Below, one piece after another: positions 22,941 to 33,470 of a stretch of 64,000 nt of DNA. Every line of letters begins with the position of its first letter. Positions within the stretch are counted from its first letter, which is position 1. A program made the position numbers and the translations under genes. The notes beneath the pieces were generated by a model. That model saw nothing but the letters and a program-made list of their open reading frames with translations, ran no database searches and was not told the origin of the DNA. Origin of the DNA: Candidatus Latescibacterota bacterium (lineage in GTDB: Bacteria > Latescibacterota > UBA2968 > UBA8231); the NCBI GenBank assembly GCA_965206595.1, contig OZ242214.1, positions 4,064,001 to 4,128,000 on the forward strand, given 5' to 3'.

Positions 22941-24128
22941 CTAGGCATCCCAGCTGGCGATGAAGTCTTCGAGTTCGAAATCTTGCGGCATCTCTTCAAA
23001 GACATAGGGTATGGGCTCGGGCCCGGACTGGAAGCCGGGAATGTATTGTTCCGTCTCGGCCCGAAGTCTGGCATCCAGCGGGGCAAAGCGCTGGCTGAGG
23101 ATAGCGGCTTCTGCCGCTGAGAACCTCCCTGTGACGTCGGACTGTTTGAGCCGTGACAGCATCACGACGCACACCATCCGTCCTTTCTCGCCGGGATGTA
23201 GCCTGGCGAGAAAGGCGCGGAAGGCCGGCGCATCCTTGTCGAGCATGGCGCGGAAGGCGGAGACAATCACTTCGGCCTCAAGGGCGTGTAGTTCGGCGAA
23301 GCGTTCGAACGCCGCCCGCGCTTCGGGGGACAGGTGTTTGGTGAACCCCGGGTCCCAGTAGAAGTTGTGGTTGCAGTAGGGGTAAATGGAGCCGCCAAAG
23401 GAGCGGTAGCCCAGATGAATGGTGCGCCGCGGCCGGGGGCTGTAATTGCTACCCCAGTGGAGGATAGTGTTTATATAGACGACCCCGTCCCCTGCCTTCA
23501 ACTCCACCGGGATGCCGCCCGGCAGGGGCTCGCGCGGATCCTCGATCAGCTGGCGGTTTTCCGCCTCGGTGTTGGGGCGGCAATGGCTGCGGGGCACCAC
23601 CCAGAGCACGTCGTCGTCGTAGAGCGGGATATTCCACTGCACGGTGCCGGTGCCGTTTTCCAGCATGTCCATCTGTAAGCCGCCCAAGGGGGCCTCGCGA
23701 GTGGGGTCGATATCGCGGTGCCAGGAGAAAAAATTCGGTGGTTTGTTTTTGTATTGCGCCGGCCCGTGGTCGCGCACGGGGTTGCACATGAAGAACATGG
23801 ACGTGATCGCCGCCTCCGGCGCTTCCATCAACTGGCGGCTGATCCCCAGGGTGTTTTCGTGCAAGCAGAACTCCACCGTGTGGGCGGTTTCTGCGTCGAC
23901 GAGGTTGTTGAACACCAGCCGCGGCTGCGGGTGGGTCTCCCAGCTGCCGCCAGGCGGATCGTCGGGCCCGGCCTCGTCTGCCCAGATGGCTTTCTGGCGT
24001 TCGACCAGGACTTCAAAACCGGCGCGCAGTTCCTCCAGCTGTTCCGGAGGGATGACCTGCTGTAAAATGACGAAGCCATCGTCCAGGAGTTGTCGTGGGT
24101 TGACCTTCATACCAAGTGGTTTTTCCAT
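22941..24128 (-). CDS. PhyH-family Fe(II)/2-oxoglutarate dioxygenase
   Basis: DDGFVIL, WHRD, VQWNIPLYDDDVLWVVPRSH, LKAGDGV..ILHWGS. Confidence 0.88.
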   Translation of the reverse strand: MEKPLGMKVNPRQLLDDGFVILQQVIPPEQLEELRAGFEVLVERQKAIWADEAGPDDPPGGSWETHPQPRLVFNNLVDAETAHTVEFCLHENTLGISRQLMEAPEAAITSMFFMCNPVRDHGPAQYKNKPPNFFSWHRDIDPTREAPLGGLQMDMLENGTGTVQWNIPLYDDDVLWVVPRSHCRPNTEAENRQLIEDPREPLPGGIPVELKAGDGVVYINTILHWGSNYSPRPRRTIHLGYRSFGGSIYPYCNHNFYWDPGFTKHLSPEARAAFERFAELHALEAEVIVSAFRAMLDKDAPAFRAFLARLHPGEKGRMVCVVMLSRLKQSDVTGRFSAAEAAILSQRFAPLDARLRAETEQYIPGFQSGPEPIPYVFEEMPQDFELEDFIASWDA

Positions 24129-24180
24129 TTATTTTATTGACTTAAGCAAAGCAACATGGGAATTCGGAGTATGTATATAT

Positions 24181-24209
24181 ATTATACTAACAGTAATGCT
24201 TAGGCTCAA
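24181..24209 (-). promoter_or_regulatory. Sigma70-type promoter for the PhyH gene
   Basis: TTGAGC-17 bp-TATAAT on the minus strand in an AT-rich patch 52 bp upstream of the ATG. Confidence 0.75.
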
Positions 24210-24328
24210 GTTATTCTTTGTCGGTACTATTGGAAAAATATATCGTTGTTGACGATCATCGCGGACGACAAACCGCCCTTCATCTTTCGGGTCCTCGACT
24301 TCCGAATAGTCTTTCGATTTCCGCCTGC

Positions 24329-25959
24329 CTACCTGGCGCTGTCGCACCCCAGGACCATCACCTCGCACTGGTGCAGGGTCGGCCACGGGTCCGGGGTCTG
24401 CAGGCCCTCGAGTCCGACCAGGACCAGGTTCTCCCCCCTGCGGACCGGAGGGTTCTCCACGACCAGCCAGGTACCGTACTGGTTTTCCAGCTTGCCGCCT
24501 CCGTAGAGCGGGACGTCGCGGCCGTTGACACGGCAGAAGATCCGCTCCATGCAGGCTTCGCAATCGGTCAGCCGCAGGCGCAGCTCGGTGCCGAGTATGC
24601 GGCCGTCGGCGAGGCCGGCTTCGATGTCGTCCTCGATGACGAGGCTCATCTCGTATCCGGAACCGCCGGTGGCGCGCCCGGCATGCTCAGGTCGCGGGGA
24701 ACCTGCGGGTAGTGGTCCCCCGGGGAGTGGTGGACGGCCCCGCCGAGGGCGGAGTCCGACACCGAATAGCTGCGGTCGCGGCGCGCCAGCCGCTGCGGAT
24801 CGGCGAGGTCGGCAAGCAGGGCGAGGTGGTCGTCGTTGTACTCCTCCTCATCGAACGGGGAAGCGCGGTGGTGCCGGTAGTCGTAGTTGAAGACGTAGAC
24901 CCCGGAGGCCCCCTGCTCGTACCCGTTCAGGGCCGCCCCCCGCAGGACCGCGGGCACGCCCCGGTCGTAGCCTTCGTGCGGCGAGGTCAGGTGGGTGGCG
25001 CCGTCGAAGCCGACGTAGACCGGCACCTCGCTCTCCCCGGCGCAGGCGACCGCCTCGGCGATGTCGAAACGGGCGGGACAGTAGGAGGAGGAGGAGAGCA
25101 CGAAGAGGTCGGCCACCGGCTCGCGGATCCAGGCCCGGGCGTCGATGCCGATGGCGCGGGCTTCGGCAAGGCAGGGAGGTACGCGAGCGATCAGGGAGAT
25201 CGGCTTTCCCTTGCGTTCCCCGTGGCCGCGCACGATGGCATGGGCCTCGCGCATGAAGCGCGTGAGGGTGTCGAGGTTGTCGAGCAGGCGCCCCGGCCGG
25301 AAGTAGGGGGGGCCGCGCATCCAGTCGACTTCGACGCCGTCGAAGTCATAGCGCTCCAGAGTCTCGTCGACGAGCCCGAGGAAGCGGTCGCGCACCTCCT
25401 CCTGCTCGTAGTCCCACTGCCAGCAGAAGTTCCAGCGGTCGGCGCCGCCGGCCCGGGTCGGGGTGGGGGAGCCGATCAGCAGGTCGGGCCGCGACTTCTT
25501 GTGGCGGCTGCGCACCTGCCACTCGCGCGCCTCGTCCGAGGTGTGGGCGTCGTTCATGCGCATCGAGGCGATCGCCGCGATGCCGTGCCGGCGGCAACCG
25601 CCGATGTAGATCCGCATCAGCTCGCGGCCGTCGGCGATGACGGCGTCCATGCAGTTGTAGAGCTGCTCGAGGCGGCTGAGCTCGAAGCCGCCCGCGGTCA
25701 TCTTGCGCACCGGGTTGCCGTCGGCGTCGACGTCGGGGTCGGGGTCCCAGACCTCGGTGTCGTCTCCCCACATGGCCGAGTGCGGGCTGCCGCGCCAGAC
25801 GACGTCGTCGTCGATGCCGATGAGTCCGGCAAGGGCGTCGACGCCGGCCGGGACCAGGGCTTCGAGCTGGTGGGTGACGTCGCCGGGGTTGCGGTCCGGC
25901 AGGTAGAAGAGCATCCAGTTGCCGTCGGTGTTGAAGATCAGGCGCGGAAGTCTGGTCAT
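24329..25959 (-). pseudogene. GHL10-like TIM-barrel glycoside hydrolase-like protein, frameshift near 24680
   Basis: RLIFNTDG, IASMRMNDAH, WDYEQEEVRDRFL, RYDFDGVEVDWMRGP, GASGVYVFNY; beta-sandwich tail in 24329..24649. Confidence 0.7.
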
Positions 25960-26049
25960 CGCGGTCTCCGTTGTTTCGATTATGGGCTCCTGCCGGCGCC
26001 GGCCGGCCAAGATAGCTTACCCCCGCAGTCGCGTGAACGGAGAGCGAAC

Positions 26050-27262
26050 ATGTACCGAACCGATCTCGTCCTCAACCGGAACTTCCGCCCGGGAGCTCCC
26101 TACGGACCGGAGTAGCAGGCGCTGCTCGACTCGGAGTCGATGGCCGAGGTCAGGGAAGAGGTCGGTTCCTGGCCCGGGTACGAGCCGACCCCCCTGGTGC
26201 GGCTCGACGGCCGCGCCGCGGCCGCGGGAATTGCCCGGTTGTGGTGCAAGCACGAGGGCCCGCGTTTCGACATCGGCAGCTTCAAGCCCACCGGACCGAC
26301 CTACGCCATGCTGACCGTGCTGCGCGGCGAGATCGAGAAGGCCGCCGGCGTCCGCCACGCCCCGACGCGGGAGCTGCTCGACGGCAGGTACGCCGCCGCC
26401 GGGGTCACGGTCTGCGCCGCCACCTCGGGCAACCACGGCCGCGCCCTGGCCTGGGGGGCGCGCATGTTCGGCTGCCGCTGCATCATCTACATGAACGACA
26501 AGGTGAGTTCCGGAAGGGAGGCGGTGATCGCGTCCTTCGGAGCCGAGGTGGTGCGCGTCCCCGGCTCCTTCGACCGGGCGGTGCAGCGCTCGTTCGAGGA
26601 TGCCGAGGAGAACGGCTACTTCGTCATCTGCGACCGGCAGCGGCGCTATCCCGAGGTGCCGCTGCGGATCATCCAGGGGTACGCCCTGGTCGGGGAGGAG
26701 ATCGCATCGCAGCTGCCACTACCGGAAGCCCCCACGCATGTCTTCGTGCCCGGGGGCAGCGGCAAGCTCGCCTCGGCGGTCTGCGCGCGCCTTTGGGAGC
26801 GCTACGGAGAGGCGCATCCCCGGATGGTCACCGTCGAGCCGGAGGACTCGGCCTGCCTGCGCGAGAGCGCCCTCGCCGGCAGGGCTGTTGAAGTGGGGGG
26901 CGACGCGAGCACGGTCATGGACGGGCTGGTCGTCGGCAAGGCCTGCGCCAACGCCTGGACGATCCTGGGGACAGGGGCCTTCGCCTTCATGACGGTGGAG
27001 GACCGGGCCGCTACGGACGCTATGCGCCAGGCCGCCGAAGGGGGCGGGCGGGGACCCCGGGGTCGTGCTCGGGGACACCGGGAGCGCCGGCTGGGCAGGG
27101 TTTCTGGCGGCCTCGAGCGATCCCCGTCTGCGCGAGCAGCTGGGGTTGGACTCCGACAGCCGCGTGGTGGTGGTGGCGACCGAAGGGGCTACCGACCCGG
27201 AGGTGTACCGCGAAATCGTCGGCAGGAGCCCCGAGGAGGTGGAGGGAGTTGCGGGCGGCTGA
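26050..27262 (+). pseudogene. Diaminopropionate ammonia-lyase-like PLP enzyme; in-frame TAG at 26113 and frameshift near 27045
   Basis: YEPTPL, KHEGPRFDIGSFK, ATSGNHGRALAWGA, IIQGY, TVMDGL, ATEGATDP. Confidence 0.8.
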
Positions 27263-27379
27263 CCGCGGGGTTTTCCGCGGGCGTCTAGCTGCAGGTTATA
27301 CCAAATTCCCAAAAAGACCAAAAACCCAAGTGGGGGAGCGCTTTAATGCCGCGGGCCGACTATTGGGGTGGCGAGAACA

Positions 27380-28069
27380 ATGGCTTTACAAGACGACGCA
27401 TTGAGATTGAAGGAGCTTGAACAACAGGTGATTCAAGCTATCGACAGCCAAACTGAAAATTTAGGTCATGTACTGGAGTCGTACCTGGAGTTGAAGGCAA
27501 GCCTGAAGCGGCAGATTCTCGATGAATCGGCCATATCTGTTGAGGATGCAACGGCGCGAAAGGTTCTTCGCAAGATTGGCAAAGCGGTGGAGACAATCGA
27601 CGACGCAGACATTGAAGAATTGGGGGCTGAGCTTCTCTATTCATGGTATAGTCATCAGGAATACGTGAGTGCACTTGCCGAGTTGCGACCACTGATCCTG
27701 AGATGGGACACTTCAGAGAATGTAAAGCGACTGGTAGAACTGATAAAGCGGTGCTATGCCATTCAGCAATATGACGCATCGTTTGCGTTGTGCCGAACTT
27801 TGCTTGAGGCAAGTATTCGAGACATCTGCGTTCGGAGAAGACTATTCCCCGACTTGAGTGAGAATGCTGTTCTCTACGAAAAATTTACCTGGCGCAAGCT
27901 TCGGAACACGGTCTCGGCTGGGGACCTCAATAGGAAATTGGAAGATCTTTATGCACGCCTTTCCAAGGTGCTGCACGCGAGAAGGACCGTGAGGCCCAAC
28001 GAAGCTCGTGACGTATTCCTGGAAACTCTACTGGTTATAGAGAAGCTTTACGAATTCCACGAACTTTAA
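27380..28069 (+). CDS. Low-GC hypothetical protein with DUF4145/HEPN-like C-terminus
   Basis: YDASFALCRTLLEASIRD...LYARLSKVLH...EARDVFLETL. Confidence 0.6.
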   Translation: MALQDDALRLKELEQQVIQAIDSQTENLGHVLESYLELKASLKRQILDESAISVEDATARKVLRKIGKAVETIDDADIEELGAELLYSWYSHQEYVSALAELRPLILRWDTSENVKRLVELIKRCYAIQQYDASFALCRTLLEASIRDICVRRRLFPDLSENAVLYEKFTWRKLRNTVSAGDLNRKLEDLYARLSKVLHARRTVRPNEARDVFLETLLVIEKLYEFHEL

Positions 28070-28245
28070 CCGTTCACTGTCAAGATGTGAAATAGAAGTT
28101 TTGATGCTTCTTCCACATCTTCAGAAAAAACGAAGACCCCGGAGTAATCCTTCCAAGTTCCCACAGTGCTCCGAGGCCTCACTTCCAAACTAGTGTGTGG
28201 CTGCAGGCCGATACGATTGCCTAAACACCAAACGTCGATACAGGG

Positions 28246-29867
28246 GTAACCGTTCAGTCCCCCCTGCAGTAGTTTGCGCATTTAAAGAAATACCCAGCGA
28301 GTTTTCGGGTTCGTCGGTATTTTCGGGATTGGTTGTGTGTTGCAGATTCTCCGGATACGGCGACCCCCATGAAAAGACCTCCTGAGAGTGCGATTTCCGA
28401 AAGCGACCTGCGCCAGCGCATTGTCCAGCTCGAGCAAATCGTGGAACAACAGACGGCGCGCATCGGGGAGCTGGAGCGGGAATTGGCCCGCCGCAAGGGG
28501 CGCTCCCGCCGCGGTGCCCGGGCCGCCTCGTCGCAATCGGGCGCTTCCTCCTCGCCGCGCACCGACACCTCCCGACGCCGGTCCTCGGGGCGCTCGCCGG
28601 GCGGACAACCGGGGCACGAAGGACCCGGCCGCTCGTGGGTATCGGTCGAGCAGGTGGACGAACGGATCCCGGTCAAGCCCAGCCATTGCCACGGATGCGG
28701 GCACCCGTTGACGGGAGACGATCCTCATCCGCAGCGTCACCAGGAAGTCGTCCTCCCGCCGCTGCGGGCCGAGGTCATCGAGTATCAGTTGCACACCCTG
28801 CGCTGCGGTCACTGCGACCGCCTGACCGCAGCCGGTTGGCCCGAGGGCGTGTCGCGCCACACCTTCGGTCCCAGCGTGCAAGCCTGGGTCGGCCTGCTGG
28901 CCGGGGCCTACCGGCTGAGCAAGCGCAACATCCGGGCGTTGTTGTCCGACGCCTTCGGCCTCGAGGTGTCGCTGGGTACGGTCAGCCGACTGGAACGGGA
29001 GGTGGCCGCGGCCCTGGCGGCTCCGGTCGAGGAGGCGCGCGCCTTCGTTCGCCGACAGGGCCTCGTCAACGTCGACGAGACCGGCTGGCGCCAGCGCCGC
29101 GCCAAGGCCTGGTTGTGGACCGCGGTGACGGCCGGCGTCACCGTGTTCGCCATTCGCCCAAGCCGGGGACGGGACGGGGTCGATGAGGTGCTGGGTGCGG
29201 ACAACCGGGCGGTGGTCGGCTCCGATCGCTATTCGGCCTACGCGCATCTGCCGCTACGACGCCGGCACGTGTGCTGGGCTCATCTGCGGCGCGCCTTCGA
29301 GGAGTTCGTGGCCCGGGGCGGAGAGGCCGGGCGCGTCGGTCACCACCTGTTGGACCGCAGCGAGCAGCTGTTTACCTGGTGGCATCAAGTCCGCGACGGT
29401 ACCCTGTCCCGCGCCCGCTTCCAGGACTATATCGACGATTTGTGTCTGCGCTTTCGTTTTCATTTGTGCTATGGGCAGCGGTTCGCCGACGCCAAGACGG
29501 CGGCCACCTGCGGAAATCTCCTCGACCTCGGGCCGGCCCTGTGGACCTTCGCACGCCGGCCCGGCGTCGAGCCGACCAACAACGAAGCCGAACGAGCCCT
29601 TCGCCATGGCGTGTTGTGGCGTCACACCAGCTTCGGCACTGACAGTGCCGAAGGCAGCCGTTTTGTAGAGCGCCTGCTCACGGTGCGCGATACCCTGCGC
29701 CAGCAGCAGCGCAACGTCCTCGACTATCTCAGGATGGCCTGTCAGGCTGCCGTGTCTCAGCAGCCGGCGCCCTCGCTGCTGCCTCCAACCCACTCCCCCA
29801 TTCGTTAATATCAGCCCGCAACCATTCCGCCCCCCGGCCCCAATCTGCCAGGGAACTGAACGGTTAC
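28246..29867 (+). mobile_element. IS66-family element (single ORF, ISBst12-like)
   Basis: IRs GTAACCGTTCAG / CTGAACGGTTAC; 8-bp TSD ATACAGGG. Confidence 0.96.
28369..29808 (+). CDS. IS66 transposase (TnpC-like)
   Basis: PGGQPGHEG, CHGCG, VDETGW, SDRYSAY, CWAHLRR, PTNNEAERALR. Confidence 0.95.
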   Translation: MKRPPESAISESDLRQRIVQLEQIVEQQTARIGELERELARRKGRSRRGARAASSQSGASSSPRTDTSRRRSSGRSPGGQPGHEGPGRSWVSVEQVDERIPVKPSHCHGCGHPLTGDDPHPQRHQEVVLPPLRAEVIEYQLHTLRCGHCDRLTAAGWPEGVSRHTFGPSVQAWVGLLAGAYRLSKRNIRALLSDAFGLEVSLGTVSRLEREVAAALAAPVEEARAFVRRQGLVNVDETGWRQRRAKAWLWTAVTAGVTVFAIRPSRGRDGVDEVLGADNRAVVGSDRYSAYAHLPLRRRHVCWAHLRRAFEEFVARGGEAGRVGHHLLDRSEQLFTWWHQVRDGTLSRARFQDYIDDLCLRFRFHLCYGQRFADAKTAATCGNLLDLGPALWTFARRPGVEPTNNEAERALRHGVLWRHTSFGTDSAEGSRFVERLLTVRDTLRQQQRNVLDYLRMACQAAVSQQPAPSLLPPTHSPIR

Positions 29868-30123
29868 ATACAGGGTTTCCGTTTCCGGTGATCTACCCAA
29901 GCGAATACTTTACTGGCGCTTGGGTGATCCAATCGACACCAGCCAATCCCGGATCTTATCAAAAAACCGGAAAAATTCTCATTCTCAAGCCGGGTTCTCA
30001 AAGCGGATTCTAACTGCTCGCAAATGCTTTGAGAAACCATTGAGGCCTCCTGGTGTCCTACCGGCATTCTTTCTCTCCCTCCCTATGCGGATACAAATTC
30101 ACACCTCAGACCTATTGTCTTTG

Positions 30124-30430
30124 TTATCGCACCAGGGTGAGCTTGCGCGTCTGAACGTTCTCGTCCGTCGACAGGCGGTACAGGTAGACACCGCTTGCCA
30201 GAGGGCGGCCCCGATCGTCGCGGCCGTCCCAGTGGACGCGGTGGACTCCAGCCTTCTTCGGCCCCTGGTGGAGCACCGCCACCCGCTGTCCGGTCAGGGA
30301 ATACACCTCCACTTGCGCCGACCCTGTCGCATCAGAAACCAGGAGATCACCGTCTGGCTGTTGAACGGGTTGGGGGCGTTCTGCCGAACCTGTGGGCGGT
30401 CGGGCTCACCCGCAGGCTCACTCTCCTCCG
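30124..30430 (-). pseudogene. Orphan FlgD-Ig/CTD-like C-terminus of a secreted protein
   Basis: QNAPNPFNSQTVISWFL...EVYSLTGQRV...VHWDGRDDRGRPLASGVYLYRL..RKLTLVR. Confidence 0.8.
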
Positions 30431-30473
30431 TTGAGTATCCCCCGCCCTTGGACCGCCGGAGGGTCAAGCCGCG

Positions 30474-30625
30474 GTACGGGGGGGGGTGTCCTCAACGGTC
30501 CTTCAGGCCACCGAACTGCGAGCTCTGTCGAAGGACCTGCAAACGATCCTCGGGAACCTGCCTGGACCCTTGCGGTGCCCTCAGCACCGTGGCCGAGAGT
30601 CCAAAAAGGTGCTTATTATCTATAC
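30474..30625 (+). mobile_element. Diverged IS91/ISCR non-coding tail only (copy 6)
   Basis: GTACGG..GGGTGT.CTCAACGGTCC...GACCCTTGCGGTGC...CCAAAAAGGTGCTTATTATCTATAC aligns to type-A tails. Confidence 0.75.
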
Positions 30626-30965
30626 GGGTATACGGGACATGGTGGAGAACCTGCACAAACTGCGCGAGGAGGAACGGATGGGCCGGCTCGCCAAGGCGAA
30701 GTCGGCCGCCGAGGTGCGTGCCATCTTCTCCGGCCAGCCGTACGGCGGCCAGGAAAAGCGGAAGAAGTCGAAGCGGGGCTAGAGGACCTTGAGAGCGTCG
30801 AGGGCAAGAGGAATAGCTCTGAAAACTGTCGGGATTACATTCGAGGCTGCTGTCCGGGTGAATCTGCCGATCCTCTGAGCTATGGATCCGGACAACGAAG
30901 GGAAAGAGAGAGGCTCATCCGGGTTGAGATCGAGTTTTCGATATATGAGCATGGAGATTGGTTAG

Positions 30966-31550
30966 ATGGGCCCCTTTCTGCGACGAAGCGCAAGGCACCA
31001 GATGCTGAATTGCATCAATCGAATGACATTGCTCCTGGTCGCCGCGAACTCCTATCTCCAAGCACGAAAGGCATTCCGGGAAGACGACCCGGCGGACGTT
31101 ATTCGGGCCAAATTCCTTTTTGCCAAAGCCGTACAGGGACCGGTGCCAATCCGTCAACTTTGCCGCGTCGTACTCGAGCCTCTATTGCACGGCTACCAGG
31201 CGCCTCCCCTAGTCCGGGGCGCAGTTTCCGAGGTATGCGTCTGCGCTGCGTTCATGGAAGGGATGAGGTTTCAAAACGGGTTGAGGGCAACCTATCGTCG
31301 CCCGGTAGATGATGCCGTTTATGATCGAGTAAAAGCGGAATTCCACAGACTCTTGGACCAAGATCCCAAGAGCTGCCAATGGCCTTCGTTAGCCATTGAT
31401 TCGCTCGCCGAAGACAAGGATTCACTGACTCCAGTCGAGGCAAGAAACCAGTTCTCGGACCGTCAACTGTTGGAGATGCTGAGCCGACATCGCGACGGGT
31501 CGGAGGTTGTTCGATGGGCAACGGAACTGAGCGAGCTCGCGGACCGGTGA
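30966..31550 (+). CDS. Hypothetical protein
   Basis: 194-aa ORF, no recognised motif; start uncertain. Confidence 0.45.
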   Translation: MGPFLRRSARHQMLNCINRMTLLLVAANSYLQARKAFREDDPADVIRAKFLFAKAVQGPVPIRQLCRVVLEPLLHGYQAPPLVRGAVSEVCVCAAFMEGMRFQNGLRATYRRPVDDAVYDRVKAEFHRLLDQDPKSCQWPSLAIDSLAEDKDSLTPVEARNQFSDRQLLEMLSRHRDGSEVVRWATELSELADR

Positions 31551-31729
31551 ATCTCTGGCCGTGGTTAATGTGAGGATGATCGTCACGGCCCTATATGGCT
31601 CGGAATCTCGGCGTTGGGGTTCCTGGCCTAAACAGACGTGGCCTGTTCACCGGCGGGTACCTCATTGGACGCTGTGGCAAGACCGCAACATCGCTTCCGT
31701 TCCCCACTCGTTGTGATCGGAGTTGGTCC

Positions 31730-32245
31730 ATGAGGAAGGCACTGATATGTGTAGCCTTAATTGCTCTTGTAGCCTGGTTGTGGCCCTCTTCGATGAGACA
31801 AGATGATTTGACGGGTGTATGGGTGGCCGATGAAGATAGGGCGGGAGAATACAAGTTGTGGTTCTTTGAAGATGGTAACTTAGAAGCCTATCGGTCTACA
31901 ACAACGGGTCGCCTTCCAGATAAGCCCACGTTCAAGATGGGTTGGCGCATAGGGCGAAAGGGAACCCTAATCCTGATTTTCACGCCCAGATACGTCAATA
32001 TAATCAGTCGATTCTTTGGTATACCTGCGGAGGATATACGCAATGGCTTGAAGGGCAATCAGATCGTTTTTGAGAGGGTGAAGGACCCCATCTATGTCAA
32101 AGGAGAGAGAATAGGCAAAATTCAAACTCTCCAAGTCCGTCCTCTCTATGGCCTCAAGTTTCGGTTTGAGGATAACGACTCTCGTGGGCCGGAGAAGTTA
32201 ATGATTGGAAAGCGTGTCTTTGCCCAAACTTGGGGGACGGGGTGA
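31730..32245 (+). CDS. Low-GC hypothetical exported/membrane-anchored protein
   Basis: MRKALICVALIALVAWLWPSS signal/anchor, then DLTGVW...LWFFEDG (lipocalin-like start). Confidence 0.6.
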   Translation: MRKALICVALIALVAWLWPSSMRQDDLTGVWVADEDRAGEYKLWFFEDGNLEAYRSTTTGRLPDKPTFKMGWRIGRKGTLILIFTPRYVNIISRFFGIPAEDIRNGLKGNQIVFERVKDPIYVKGERIGKIQTLQVRPLYGLKFRFEDNDSRGPEKLMIGKRVFAQTWGTG

Positions 32246-32297
32246 TGGACTTGGGCCAACTCTCGAGTTGCTGTGGCAGATGATGGGTGCTCATGGT

Positions 32298-33470
32298 CTA
32301 GTGTCATGTCGTGTAATTAACTGTACAAACAATTGAAAGTGCCGTAGGTTTCCCTTATCCCCCTTCTGAAAGGAGAGACCTATGGTGACGGGGCGTCCAT
32401 TAACGCCGTTAGAGCTGAGTCCGTCGGACCGGGAACGACTGGAATCGATGGCCAAATCACGAAGTCTTCCCCACGGATTGGTGCGGCGAGCCGAGATGGT
32501 GCTGCTGGCCGCCGATGGCTGGCCCAATGAAGCGGTCGCTTCCGCGGTGGGTGTGACGCGAGCTACGGTGGGCAAATGGCGCCGGCGTTTTCTCGACAAC
32601 GGACTCAATGGCTTGTATGATGAACTACGTTCAGGGGCGCCGCGATCGATCACGGACGAGCAGGTAGCCGAGGTGGTATACAAGACCCTGAAGACCAAGC
32701 CCAAAGACGAAACACAGTGGTCGGTGCGCTCCATGGGCGAAGAAACCGGCCTGACCAAGGACGCGGTTCATCGCATTTGGCGCACGTATGGTTTGCAGCC
32801 CCATCGACACAAGCGCTTCAAGCTTTCCACCGATCCTTTCTTTGTCGACAAAGTACGGGATATCGTCGGCTTGTACCTGAATCCCCCCGAGCACGCCCTG
32901 GTGCTGTGCGTGGACGAGAAGAGCCAGATCCAGGCGTTGGAACGAAGTCAGCCCATGCTGCCCCTGGGACTGGGATACGTGGAAGGGATTACGCACGACT
33001 ACAAGCGGCACGGCACCACCACCCTGTTTGCCGCCCTGGACATCGCCACCGGGGAAGTGATGACCCAGTGCAAGCCCCGTCATCGTCACCAGGAGTTCCT
33101 CCAGTTCCTGCGCCACATCGAGGCCAACGTGCCCGCTGACCTCGATATTCATCTCGTCGTCGACAACTACGCCACGCATAAGCATGCCAAGGTCAAGCGA
33201 TGGCTGGCACGGCGTCCCCGATTTCACCTTCACTACACTCCCACGTATGCTTCGTGGCTCAATCAGGTGGAGATCTGGTTCAATATCCTCACCCGCCAGG
33301 CGGTTCGGCGCGATTCGTTCCGCAAGGTGTCGGAGCTCATCGAGCGAATCGAACGCTACACGGCCAAATGGAACGCCAACGCACACCCTTTCGTCTGGAC
33401 GGCTACGGCGGATTCCATCCTCGCCAAAATCAAGAGACTTTGTGAACGAATCTCTGCGACAGGACACTAG
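32298..33470 (+). mobile_element. IS630-family element, intact transposase 32382..33470
   Basis: CTAG-bounded; [31 protein letters not shown]. Confidence 0.95.

Larger units (their letters stand above)
28066..30040 (-). pseudogene. Small hypothetical gene interrupted by IS66
   Basis: Removing the IS and one TSD copy rejoins MVSQSICEQ...RKRKPC|IDVWCLGN...HILTVNG in frame; AGGAGG RBS. Confidence 0.75.

Noticed and set aside
26113-26115. In-frame TAG in the DpaL-like gene as pyrrolysine readthrough
   Set aside because: No pyl genes in view, the position is N-terminal and non-catalytic, and the gene has a second lesion; CAG-to-TAG mutation or use of ATG 26140 is simpler
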